From: an uncultured delta proteobacterium
GTDB taxonomy: Bacteria; Bdellovibrionota; FAC87; UBA2466
DNA: 64,000 nt
Reading direction: 5' to 3'
Assembly: GCA_963778115.1 (NCBI GenBank)
Contig: CAVZSV010000005.1
Span: 256,001-320,000 of the forward strand
This document shows, piece after piece, positions 26,686 through 36,102 of the stretch; the stretch's first letter is position 1; every line of letters starts with the position of its first letter. The notes beneath the pieces are model-generated. The model was not told the DNA's origin, did not search any database, and saw only the letters and a program-made list of their open reading frames with translations. A program made the position numbers and the translations under genes.

Positions 26686-28587
26686 ATGCCGCGTTATCGT
26701 CGTTTTTGGCCGTTTACGGTACTTTTCACCGTCCTGGTGGTGCAGGGGTGTGCCAAGAGCCTTAACGAGACGAACACGAATATGCGTGAGTACTCTTCGG
26801 TAGGCGGAAGTAGTTCGGTCCCGGGCTGCAAGGGGATGGTGGATGCCTATTGCGATACGTTGTATTCTCCTTCGGCGATGGGTAATTTAAGAATTCAAGC
26901 GGGAACCCATTCCATCGAAATTCTTCAGGGCCACACCACCAACGACTTTCCTGCCGTCTATTATCAGTACGCTAGGACAACACTTAAGAATCGCAGGTAC
27001 CTTCCGCAAGATTTCCGAACCAATTTGGTGGCGACAGGTTACTTCGAAAAACTATCAGACTATCTGGCCAGAAAGCCTCGCGCTTCGATGTCGCTAGCCG
27101 ATCGCATGAACGATCTGCACGTAGCCGATGAACTGACTTCCGAGTGGAATTCTTCTTTGGAAACCACCGTCGTGGAGCGCATGTCCAAACGGTTTCCCGG
27201 GTTTCACAATCTGCCCGAGCCTTTGATCCCGTTAGAGCTCAAAACGGAAAGCAGGCGGGTCCGACGCCAAATCAAAAGTGAAATCTATTTGGCCATTTGG
27301 AAGCATCACCCTAACTGGCTTAAAGTCGAAGCCAGCTTTGAGGCGCTTCGTTACCATTATCTGCAAACGTTAGCGGAACTGGACATTCCTAAATCGCTAA
27401 AAGACGAGTGGACGCATCGAATTCAGTCGGTACGTCTGGTCTTGCCGGGAGCCATGCCTGAGATTGCGGACGAAGATTGCTCGGAGACAGAGATTAATGC
27501 TTACTACTATACCTATTTGAACGTTATCACGGTGTGTGCCGGGGATTTTAATAGCGAAGATATCTATCAAACTCTAGCCCACGAGTTGTCTCACGCTTTA
27601 GATTTTGAGCGTTCGCTTTACCTGTATCAGAAACACTCGGATTTTGGCACCGCCTTGAGCAGCCTTCGGGCCGAAGTCTGTGAGCCGGAGTCCTTTTCGT
27701 GCGATGACTGGGTCGATTTCAAAAATCAATTCGACAATCGTCTCAATGGACTTTCAAATTTTTCCGCTCAATTGCCTGAGTTTCAAAGGTGCCTAAAGCC
27801 GCGGCCCACCCCTAGTGTGTTAACGGAGGAAGCGTTAAACCGATATTCGGATCAAATCGTCACCAACCGAATCGCTGATCTCGCCGATTCCGAAATCTTT
27901 CTTCGCATTACAAAGCCCAGGATTCCTCTGATGAATGGAACTCTTCATAAAAATCCCAATTACTTAAATCCCTGCTCCTATTACTTGTGGTCGAAAGGGG
28001 AGGAGCCGGTAGATGACGATTTGACCGCCCTTATGTTCTTTACGGCGGAATACCAATGCAACGAAGGAAAATCCCCGGCTAACCGCATTCAACAAGCGAT
28101 AGCGCTTGCTAAGAACATGCAGATTAAGGTGCAGAAAGCCGCATTAAAGATGGAGGGGGAGTTCTCCTCTGAAAAGCTGCTCCAGACCGAGGGCTATAGC
28201 TCTTCTCCCGTGGAGCGCTTCGCCGATGTGATGGGAGGAGCGGTGCTGGCACACTTGCTCAAAGATATCCCGTCATTGGATGATCGAAGAAATCTCTTTT
28301 TGGCGAGCTCGTCCTGGCAATGCACGAAACCTTCTTTGGCTAAATTCTTTCCCGAAGAGAGCAGTGCCGAACACGAATTTACGTTTGCTTCCCATACCGA
28401 AGGCGAAGATCGCAAGAAAGAGCTTCTCCCCAGTGTCATTCGAGATACTTTACAATGCAAAAAGGATTTCTCGTTCAACGAGTGTTCCCTGCCGGTTCTT
28501 AGAAATCCTCAACCCAATCAACTCTCCGAATTTCGTTCGCAAGATGTTTTTGATTTTCCGAGGCTGGTGGTTGGAGTGACGGAATAG
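26686..28587 (+). CDS. Lipoprotein gluzincin metallopeptidase (M13-like motifs)
   Basis: Lipobox VQGC; INAYY; TLAHELSHALD (HExxH); ERFAD (ExxxD); SH near the C-terminus. Confidence 0.75.
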   Translation: MPRYRRFWPFTVLFTVLVVQGCAKSLNETNTNMREYSSVGGSSSVPGCKGMVDAYCDTLYSPSAMGNLRIQAGTHSIEILQGHTTNDFPAVYYQYARTTLKNRRYLPQDFRTNLVATGYFEKLSDYLARKPRASMSLADRMNDLHVADELTSEWNSSLETTVVERMSKRFPGFHNLPEPLIPLELKTESRRVRRQIKSEIYLAIWKHHPNWLKVEASFEALRYHYLQTLAELDIPKSLKDEWTHRIQSVRLVLPGAMPEIADEDCSETEINAYYYTYLNVITVCAGDFNSEDIYQTLAHELSHALDFERSLYLYQKHSDFGTALSSLRAEVCEPESFSCDDWVDFKNQFDNRLNGLSNFSAQLPEFQRCLKPRPTPSVLTEEALNRYSDQIVTNRIADLADSEIFLRITKPRIPLMNGTLHKNPNYLNPCSYYLWSKGEEPVDDDLTALMFFTAEYQCNEGKSPANRIQQAIALAKNMQIKVQKAALKMEGEFSSEKLLQTEGYSSSPVERFADVMGGAVLAHLLKDIPSLDDRRNLFLASSSWQCTKPSLAKFFPEESSAEHEFTFASHTEGEDRKKELLPSVIRDTLQCKKDFSFNECSLPVLRNPQPNQLSEFRSQDVFDFPRLVVGVTE

Positions 28588-28681
28588 GAGTCACGATCTA
28601 AGACATCGCGTGGGCGTTGCCCCTCTCGATCTAGGGGTTGTCGCGTCGGTGGCTCCTCATAATAACAAACAGCGATCGTCA

Positions 28682-29851
28682 TCATGTTAGAACTCTCAAC
28701 CTCAAAATCTCGCTAGCAATCTCTTCTTCAATCTCCTTGGGAAAGATCTGAAGTCCCGACTTATATTTCCCCAGATCGCTTTCCATCATCCAAGTAATTC
28801 CTCTTAGCATTACCGCATTATAAAAATCAAAAAGGTCAACTCCCTGCGGTCCGGTATGGGGAGCGATATTGAGGGGACAGCCGCGTCCCAGAAGGTACAG
28901 GGTCTTAGTGCCTAACTTGTACCGCGTAATATTGGTGCGAATCTCCTTTGAAGGGTTCGTGTCGAGCCACGTTACATCGATTTCGCTATTTAAGTGGCCC
29001 ACATTTAAAACGACGCAATGGTCTCTAAGATCCCTCAGTGCGGTTTGCGAAAGTATCGAGGGAACTCCGGTGGCCGTGACTACGATCTCGCAACTTCGAA
29101 GAGCTCCGACATCCGAAGCTACTTCAAAGCCTAAATGGCCCGCCTCGAGTTCTCGGACGGGATCCTTTTCGATGACAAGTACTTTGGCGCCAAACGCTTT
29201 GGCTCGCTCAGCGACTCCGCGTCCCACGGGGCCGAACCCTATGACGGCTATTCTTCTTAGAGGAAGGCTCATGCCGGTAACGAAACTAAACTTAGGCCAT
29301 AGATTATCGCCGACGTGCACTTGATTATGAAGGTTATTCTTTAACGCGATATCATTCCAATTGAAGACAGGAAAAGAGACCTCCTTATTATCTAAAAAAT
29401 GAAGCCCGCTGGTCGTTGCTTCCAGCGCCCCTTTGACAGGAATCTGTTTTTTAGAAAAGGCATTGATAAGTTCTCCTCCCATATCACTTAAGTAACAGGC
29501 CCTAGAATCCCCGACCGATCGAAAGCTCTGCTTGTGCTCATCTTCCGTCATCCCACTTCTGGCAAAGACGTGAATGCCGTTTTTAGCCAGATACGCCGCC
29601 ACTCTGTCATCGGTAGTTTGAGTATTACAATTGCCCAGAAAGACTTCAGCGCCCGCTTTTTTTAACCCCATAAAGAGCGGAATGCTGGAGAGGGTGATGT
29701 GTTGCCAACAAGCGACCGTCTTTCCGCGAAAGTTCTTCTTTGCAGTCTGCAGATAATAAGAGTGAGTGACAGGGCAAAGAAAATCAAGCCAGGAAAGTTC
29801 GTCATCTGAAATGTCCTGGGAGAGTGCTGAATCTTTTATTCGGGACGGCAT
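28682..29851 (-). CDS. Adenosylhomocysteinase (AhcY)-family protein with non-canonical active site
   Basis: HIT, CNTQTTDD, DMGGE, EATTSG, WND..LK, Rossmann motif GFGPVGRG, VTATG and NVGH..EID. Confidence 0.85.
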   Translation of the reverse strand: MPSRIKDSALSQDISDDELSWLDFLCPVTHSYYLQTAKKNFRGKTVACWQHITLSSIPLFMGLKKAGAEVFLGNCNTQTTDDRVAAYLAKNGIHVFARSGMTEDEHKQSFRSVGDSRACYLSDMGGELINAFSKKQIPVKGALEATTSGLHFLDNKEVSFPVFNWNDIALKNNLHNQVHVGDNLWPKFSFVTGMSLPLRRIAVIGFGPVGRGVAERAKAFGAKVLVIEKDPVRELEAGHLGFEVASDVGALRSCEIVVTATGVPSILSQTALRDLRDHCVVLNVGHLNSEIDVTWLDTNPSKEIRTNITRYKLGTKTLYLLGRGCPLNIAPHTGPQGVDLFDFYNAVMLRGITWMMESDLGKYKSGLQIFPKEIEEEIASEILRLRVLT

Positions 29852-29853
29852 GG

Positions 29854-31185
29854 CTATGTCGTTTCCTGTCCTACGTCGAGGTAAAGCTCTTTGGTGTCGT
29901 CGTTATATCCGAAGTATTCGGCGAAACGACCCCAAGAGACCAAAACTTCAACAACCTCGTCTGCATTTTCGTTGGGCAGCCACTCCTGCAGCTTTTCAAT
30001 GATGACATCAATGGGTAAACGTAACGTATCGCTTTGGCGGAGGGTGGAAGCGACTCTTTGGACGACCGTTAATTCGCCAAACAACTCGTGGAGCATGCGT
30101 TTTCTAACGTTGATGTCTCCCTCTACAAAGCGCTTTCCTCGATCGGTAAGCAGAACCGATTGTTTTGGCGTATCCACCAGATCTAAGAGTTCGGCTGCTT
30201 TGACCAGATAAAGCGTTCTGCCGAACTCTTTTCCAATAGTGGTGGAGAGATCAAAGATATCCACGGCACCCGATTCCGAGGCCAACCCTTCCAACAGCCC
30301 TATCACTTCATTGACTTGCACATTGGGAAGCACTTGGACGGGCGCCTCCTTGTGGATTTTTGAAAGGGCACTATTGTCGGAAGGCAACGGTTCCGCCGTG
30401 TCGGGCATGATGGTTTCTGTGATAAGCGCATGGATACGAGAGACCAAGCGATCAAAAGCGGGTGATTTGTCGTCTCGCGGATAGCTAAGTTCGTTTTGAA
30501 TCTCTTCCCGTACATGGCCCGGGTTGACCCCCATTAGAAGAATTCTTTTTGCTAAAGACACCGCCTCTTGAATGTTGTGCGTGACAATGATGAGCGAGCG
30601 GGTCGCGGTCTTTTTTGAAAGAAAGATCTTAATGATTTCCGTCCTCAGGGTGTCCGCCGTCAGTACATCTAAAGCGGAGAAGGGCTCGTCGAGGACCAGT
30701 ACCGGACGATCCATGACCAGGGCGCGCGCGATTCCCACTCTCTGTTTCATTCCTCCCGAGAGCTCCCGGGGGTAGGCCTCTTCAAAACCTTCAAGACCGA
30801 CCAAATCGATGGCCTTTCTCACCCGGGTTCGGGTTTCTGTTGCTGAAATTCCAAGGGGCTTGAGTGCCAAAGCTATATTTTCATAAACGGTTTCCCACGG
30901 GAAAAGCGCAAAGGACTGGAACACTAAAGCGACGTCGAGATTAATCCCTTCGTGCTTGGTTCCGCGGCTTAAAACTTCGCCACCCGAAGCTTCGATGAGC
31001 CCCGCCATGATACGAAGACAGGTCGATTTCCCTGAACCCGAGGGACCCAAAAGGGCTACGACTTCGTCGTCGTTAACAGTGAGGTTGACCCCTTCTAGGA
31101 CTTTGAGATCGGTTCCCGATTCCAAAGTGAACGACTTATTGACGTTTCTTAACTCGATAAGAGGGCCAGTTTTTACATCAGACAT
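29854..31185 (-). CDS. NitT/TauT-family ABC ATPase with C-terminal AAA-associated domain
   Basis: GPSGSGKS, LSGGMKQRV, LDEPFSALD and VTHN; C-terminal extension ending WGRFAEYFGY. Confidence 0.93.
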   Translation of the reverse strand: MSDVKTGPLIELRNVNKSFTLESGTDLKVLEGVNLTVNDDEVVALLGPSGSGKSTCLRIMAGLIEASGGEVLSRGTKHEGINLDVALVFQSFALFPWETVYENIALALKPLGISATETRTRVRKAIDLVGLEGFEEAYPRELSGGMKQRVGIARALVMDRPVLVLDEPFSALDVLTADTLRTEIIKIFLSKKTATRSLIIVTHNIQEAVSLAKRILLMGVNPGHVREEIQNELSYPRDDKSPAFDRLVSRIHALITETIMPDTAEPLPSDNSALSKIHKEAPVQVLPNVQVNEVIGLLEGLASESGAVDIFDLSTTIGKEFGRTLYLVKAAELLDLVDTPKQSVLLTDRGKRFVEGDINVRKRMLHELFGELTVVQRVASTLRQSDTLRLPIDVIIEKLQEWLPNENADEVVEVLVSWGRFAEYFGYNDDTKELYLDVGQETT

Positions 31186-31197
31186 AAGTTGTCCCTT

Positions 31198-32931
31198 CTA
31201 CAAATCCAAACGAAAACGAGTTTGGGCCAAGTGATAAATCCTAGACCAGACAGTGCGGTTCAGCAAAATAACCACCGCTACCATTACCGTGAGTGCCGCC
31301 GCCAACGTCGGAAAATCTTCGGTCGCCGCCGCAATGCTAATCGCAGAGCCCAGCCCCTGAGTGGTGAGGACCTTTCCGTGGTACGAGAGATATTCCGCGA
31401 CGATGCTGGCATTCCAAGCACCCCCTGCCGCCGTTACCCAGCCGGTGACCAGAGGAGGGAAAACACTAGGAATGTAAAGCTTAGTCCACAAGTCCCATTT
31501 CGAAGCTTGCATCAAAAGTGCCGCGTACTTTAATTCGTTAGGAATTCGCATGGCCCCCGCAAGCACGTTAAACAAAACGTACCATTGGACTCCGAGCAGC
31601 ATGAGGAACATTGCCGCAAAACCGAACGGCATTCGCAGCATGAACATCAAAGCAAGAGCCAGCGGATAGAGCATGGGGGCCGGAAAAGAGGCTAAGAGCT
31701 GGATAATGGGTTGCGCCCGGCTAATGCGTTGGTGCGAGGTTCCGATCCATATTCCCACCGGAACCGCCCAGAGGGAACTAATGACGAGACAAATCGCGAC
31801 CCGAACCGCCGTCACGAAAGTCTTTTGGAGAAGCGAAATCCAATTCTCCCAGCTCACCAACGAGAGTATTTCTCCTAGCTTCATCCCGCCCATGCCGAAG
31901 ACCACAAGCGCTGCCAGAATTAACGAAATCCCTCCAAAGCGAACGAGTCCGGGAGAGGCTCGTTTCACCACCTTGCTAACACTGGTTTGAATCGGGCTCA
32001 GTACGACGTCGACCCCCGATCGGCGGACCCGCTTTAATTGAGATCTTCGACGGTAAAGCAAAGTCATCCAGTGGACGATGCGGGAATGGCCAATGAGCTG
32101 CATGATGAAGGGTTCGATATTTCCAAAGCCGGGGACCTCTTCGAGCCGAAACTGATGGGCCCAAGCCAATAGCGGCCTCCACACCAAAATATCCAAGATA
32201 AGAATAAGTCCCGCCATCGCAATAATACCGCCCACGATCGCTTTGGTGTCCCCAGCCGCCGAAGCCACCGCCATATAAGCGCCGAGTCCCGGCAGCCGAT
32301 ATTCTTGGGTCCCCAGAGTAAAAGCTTCACAAACACTGAGAAAAAACCATCCGCCCGACATCGAAAGAAGGCTATTCCAGACCAGATTCACCGCGGAAAA
32401 GGGAAGCTCTATGTGTTTGAGGCGTTCCCAAGCGCTTAGTCCCACCACACGGGAGACTTCGTCAAAATCGGAGGGGAGCGATTTTAGCGACGAGTAGAAG
32501 CTAAAGGTCATATTCCAGACCTGACCGGTGAAGATCATGATAATGCACGCAAGCTCTAGCCCGGTGTTGGTGTGAGGAAAGATGGCGATAAGTGCCAGTA
32601 CCAATCCCGGTAAGAAACCCAGCACGGGAATGCTCTGCAGAATATCGAGTGCCGGAATAATGAACCGCTCCGCCCGGGGCGATTTGGCGGCCCAAAAACC
32701 CACGACCAAAGTGAAGATGAGCGAAAGTACGTAAGCCAGCATTCCCCGAATTCCGGATAGCAAAGTATAGTAGGGAAGAGCGGTCAAGGAGAGGTCGATA
32801 GTGGTGGAGGGATGGAAACTTGCTTCCCATTCTCGGCCAAAACAGACTAAGCCGTAAATGATAGTACCGATCAGCAGCAGAACAAGGGCATCGGACGGCG
32901 TGTAGCGCGCTCTAATGATGATCTTCTGCAT
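31198..32931 (-). CDS. ABC transporter permease with two fused TM modules (NitT/TauT type)
   Basis: About 12 hydrophobic segments; LDILQSIPVLGF, GQVWNM and WNASIVAE; two EAA-like loops. Confidence 0.9.
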   Translation of the reverse strand: MQKIIIRARYTPSDALVLLLIGTIIYGLVCFGREWEASFHPSTTIDLSLTALPYYTLLSGIRGMLAYVLSLIFTLVVGFWAAKSPRAERFIIPALDILQSIPVLGFLPGLVLALIAIFPHTNTGLELACIIMIFTGQVWNMTFSFYSSLKSLPSDFDEVSRVVGLSAWERLKHIELPFSAVNLVWNSLLSMSGGWFFLSVCEAFTLGTQEYRLPGLGAYMAVASAAGDTKAIVGGIIAMAGLILILDILVWRPLLAWAHQFRLEEVPGFGNIEPFIMQLIGHSRIVHWMTLLYRRRSQLKRVRRSGVDVVLSPIQTSVSKVVKRASPGLVRFGGISLILAALVVFGMGGMKLGEILSLVSWENWISLLQKTFVTAVRVAICLVISSLWAVPVGIWIGTSHQRISRAQPIIQLLASFPAPMLYPLALALMFMLRMPFGFAAMFLMLLGVQWYVLFNVLAGAMRIPNELKYAALLMQASKWDLWTKLYIPSVFPPLVTGWVTAAGGAWNASIVAEYLSYHGKVLTTQGLGSAISIAAATEDFPTLAAALTVMVAVVILLNRTVWSRIYHLAQTRFRLDL

Positions 32932-33078
32932 GAAACCGTTATCCTCTGAAGCAAATCCGCCAACGTAGTGTTGGGATTTTTGTCCCCTAAGTCACTCCAA
33001 TTATATAGCAAAGTATAGCAACGTTTTTGAGGGGTTGGCTGCCCTTCCCAACGTCAGCGACGATATAACACAACGCAA

Positions 33079-33106
33079 TAAATATCGCCCGCAAAAATGC
33101 CGATAA
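33079..33106 (+). promoter_or_regulatory. Putative sigma28 (FliA) promoter
   Basis: TAAA (33079-82)-N16-GCCGATAA (33099-106), 39 bp upstream of the MBOAT ATG. Confidence 0.6.
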
Positions 33107-33145
33107 GTGACTGAAAGGTCTTCTTTTTTAAACCATCAAGGATAG

Positions 33146-34564
33146 ATGCCATTTACCCACTCCATTTTCCTGTTTTATTTTCTACCCTTTTCGCTTTTGG
33201 CGATGCGCATGGTTACCCCATCAAAGGGGCGATTCCCGAACCTAAGCCGAGCGCTTGTCTTTGCGCTTACGCTAGTTTTTTACGGGTGCAAAAATCCCTG
33301 GTGGCTCATACCGTTTTTGATCTGCATCGGTTTTGATTTTGTATGGGCCAGGCTCTTATCTCGTACGGTAGCCCCAAGACTTCGAAAGCTTTGGCTCTCG
33401 CTGTCGGTCATCCAAAACCTAACTTTGCTCGGTATCTTTAAGTACTGGAGTGCGATAGCCGTTGTGTTGGGAAGTCGGCATGGAGGGAATTTCGTCCACT
33501 TCATGTCAACCAACGGCTGGCTCATTTTGCCGCCCGGAATCTCTTTTTATACGTTTGAATCTCTAAGCTTTGTCATTGATGTTTATCGGCGTGAGGTCGA
33601 GCCGCCCCAAAGCCCTCTCGAGTTTTTTGCTTTTATTGGAATGTTCCCCCGTTTTATCGCGGGCCCCATCGTTCGTTACCAGCAGATGAAAGGGCAATTC
33701 GAGAATTACCGGGGAATGGAGATCCAAAACGGATTGTTTCTCTTTTTGATAGGGCTGTTTCTAAAGTGCGGATTTGCCGATAGCTTCAATCAATTTACCC
33801 CGTACGCTTTTGGGCGCGGCTCCAATCTCGAATGGGCTTCCGCTTGGGTTGGAGTCGTTGCTTACGCGATGCAGATCTATTTTGATTTTTCCGGATACTC
33901 ACTTATGGCGATCGGATTGGGGCGTGCGCTCGGATTTCAATTTCCGAGTAATTTTAACAAACCCTACCAGGCGACTTCAGTGTCGGATTTTTGGCGGCGT
34001 TGGCATATGACGCTTTCAAGCTGGCTTCGCGATTATCTCTACATTCCTTTGGGCGGAAACAGAAAGGGAAAGTTGAGAACTTATCTCAATCTTTTTGCGA
34101 CGATGTTAATCGGCGGTATCTGGCATGGGGCTGGTCTTACCTACGTAGTATGGGGCGCGTGGCACGGCCTTATGTTGTGCCTTGAAAGAGCGTTTGGCTG
34201 GGAGGAAAAAATCCCTCGTTCTCTCGGACGCTTTTATACCTTTCTCTTGGTCCTTGTGGGATGGGTGTTCTTTAAAGCGCAGTCTTTGCCGGAAGCTATC
34301 CATATCCTGAAGGTGATGGCCGTTCCGACGGAAATCTTTAAATTCAATCCCGAAGCTTTCCGAATCTCCCCCTTTGCTTCAAGTCTTTGTTTAATGGCAG
34401 TGGGCTATCTTATCGCCATCGAACCTGGTCTCGATCTTAGGGCGCTGGAAACGATACAAGGGATTTCGGTTAGAAAGCAGGTGTGGGCTCTGGTCGGGGC
34501 GATCGTCGCCATACTCCTGTCGCTAAGCGCGGTAACGATCCCATTTCTGTACTTTCAGTTTTAG
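33146..34564 (+). CDS. MBOAT O-acyltransferase (AlgI/PatA family)
   Basis: PPGISFYTF, FIAGPIVRY, DFSGYS, FWRRWHMTLSSWLRDYLYIPLGG, GIWHGA and FLYFQF. Confidence 0.95.
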   Translation: MPFTHSIFLFYFLPFSLLAMRMVTPSKGRFPNLSRALVFALTLVFYGCKNPWWLIPFLICIGFDFVWARLLSRTVAPRLRKLWLSLSVIQNLTLLGIFKYWSAIAVVLGSRHGGNFVHFMSTNGWLILPPGISFYTFESLSFVIDVYRREVEPPQSPLEFFAFIGMFPRFIAGPIVRYQQMKGQFENYRGMEIQNGLFLFLIGLFLKCGFADSFNQFTPYAFGRGSNLEWASAWVGVVAYAMQIYFDFSGYSLMAIGLGRALGFQFPSNFNKPYQATSVSDFWRRWHMTLSSWLRDYLYIPLGGNRKGKLRTYLNLFATMLIGGIWHGAGLTYVVWGAWHGLMLCLERAFGWEEKIPRSLGRFYTFLLVLVGWVFFKAQSLPEAIHILKVMAVPTEIFKFNPEAFRISPFASSLCLMAVGYLIAIEPGLDLRALETIQGISVRKQVWALVGAIVAILLSLSAVTIPFLYFQF

Positions 34565-34570
34565 ATGCTT

Positions 34571-35782
34571 ATGATGAAAAGAAAGCAAACTCCGATTCTT
34601 CTGTGGACCGCCATCCTCACGGTTCTGAGTTATCATGCGTACCCTATCGTGCGAGGTGGGTTATTTCGTTTTTCGGATCGGATAGAGGTCAGACAAATGG
34701 AGCTTCGCATTGCCGGCAAAAGAGTTTGCTTCTCAGTTCCACACCTTCGATCCTCTCAGAAGAGACTAGATTCCAGTTCCGAGTTTCTGGCTGGGATTGC
34801 ATTCGTTCTTCGTTATTGGGGAGGCGAGACCAACGATTATGCCATTAAAGGAAATGCAAATCCGATTCAGAAATACTTTTTGAGAGAAGACGTCGCTGTC
34901 CACTTTCCTAGTCAAGTGCCAAAAGTAGAGAAACTAGCCCAGGAGTTGAAAACCATTTTTCGCGATCTGGACAAGGCTGGGGTAAGGACTTTGTTGCTAC
35001 CTATCCCGCCCAAGATGGCTTTTTATGAGGACGAATTTAATAAACGTCTTCCGCCATCCGACGAGTGGCAAGCAGAGTCACGGCACGTAAATGAAATCCC
35101 CATGGAGAGTCCCTACCAGGCATATAGGGTGCTTACCGAAAGCGATCCCAAACATATTGTCGATCTCTTTACGACATACCGGCACCATAATCCCAACGAT
35201 CCGAATCATTTTCTTTACGTCCCGTGGGATTACCACTGGAGTTCATTTGGAATCACGGTAGCGGCACAAGCCATTTTGGAAAGCTTGAAATCCCAAGGGA
35301 TAGCGGTGGGGAGGCTCGGGGAACCTCGATTGACAGGAATCCGCCCGGCTTTTTTCCGCGACACGCTTCTTTATCTGACCCAGCTCCCCGACTGGTTTCT
35401 CTTACACTCCAAGAAATTCGACTGGCGAGAGCCGGTCTACGATGTGGATGCGGTATCGGGTTCTCCACAAGGCCGATTGGTAATCGCAGGCTCTAGTTAT
35501 ACCAATCGCCTTCGGGGAACCGGGCACGGTCTGGGGGAAGAACTGCAAATGGCGTTAGGCGGTAAGGTAGTTTACGATGCTGAGGACGGAACTCGCGTCC
35601 GATCGGTTCCCGGGCGAATGGCGTCTCATCATCTTTCTCTCCACAAGGGGGATATTTTCATCTGGGAATTTCCTTTCGACGACGTCGCTTACCCGGGGCC
35701 GACTTTGACTCCCATCGCGGTTGCCGAACAGAGAACTTCAAGTCCTGCTGGGATAGCGCCTAGAGTAAGGGTTAATCCTTAA
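34571..35782 (+). CDS. AlgJ/AlgX-like periplasmic O-acetyltransferase
   Basis: N-terminal TM anchor; PIPPK, DYHWS (D-x-H) and AGSSY (catalytic Ser); adjacent to the MBOAT gene. Start 34565, 34571 or 34574. Confidence 0.8.
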   Translation: MMKRKQTPILLWTAILTVLSYHAYPIVRGGLFRFSDRIEVRQMELRIAGKRVCFSVPHLRSSQKRLDSSSEFLAGIAFVLRYWGGETNDYAIKGNANPIQKYFLREDVAVHFPSQVPKVEKLAQELKTIFRDLDKAGVRTLLLPIPPKMAFYEDEFNKRLPPSDEWQAESRHVNEIPMESPYQAYRVLTESDPKHIVDLFTTYRHHNPNDPNHFLYVPWDYHWSSFGITVAAQAILESLKSQGIAVGRLGEPRLTGIRPAFFRDTLLYLTQLPDWFLLHSKKFDWREPVYDVDAVSGSPQGRLVIAGSSYTNRLRGTGHGLGEELQMALGGKVVYDAEDGTRVRSVPGRMASHHLSLHKGDIFIWEFPFDDVAYPGPTLTPIAVAEQRTSSPAGIAPRVRVNP

Positions 35783-36040
35783 CGGGCGGCACGCCCGACG
35801 TCACCAGCACAGTCTTGCGACCCCAAGGTGCAGATAGAGTGTCACTTGTATTCCACTTGTCTAAACCTAGAACACGAAATTTCGCTTTTAGTTTCAGGAT
35901 CTAGCCCATGGCCCTGGAAAATAGCTAAAACTTCGACAAACGGAGGAAAGGTTAGCACCTGTCTAAAAGTTGGGCAGTTCTTTGGCTAATCGGCTGAAAC
36001 CGTTTTGCATTTGGGTTGCGGGACTGGTCATGCCGCGAAT

Positions 36041-36056
36041 TGGTACGCGGCTTGCT
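36041..36056 (+). promoter_or_regulatory. Putative sigma54 promoter
   Basis: TGGTACGCGGCTTGCT matches the -24/-12 consensus TGGCACG-N4-TTGC(A/T). Confidence 0.75.
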
Positions 36057-36102
36057 CTATAACTTTACTATCTTGGTTCACTTCTCTAATTCGAGGATAC
36101 AA

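Noticed and set aside
28588..28681. Structured intergenic stretch between convergent genes as an ncRNA
   Set aside because: Imperfect stems are adequately explained as a terminator region; no promoter or family resemblance.
32932..33078. SAH or SAM riboswitch ahead of the ABC-AhcY-like operon
   Set aside because: Only a modest hairpin and a short TTGCTATA repeat (minus strand) are visible; I recognised no riboswitch consensus. An Rfam scan would be decisive.
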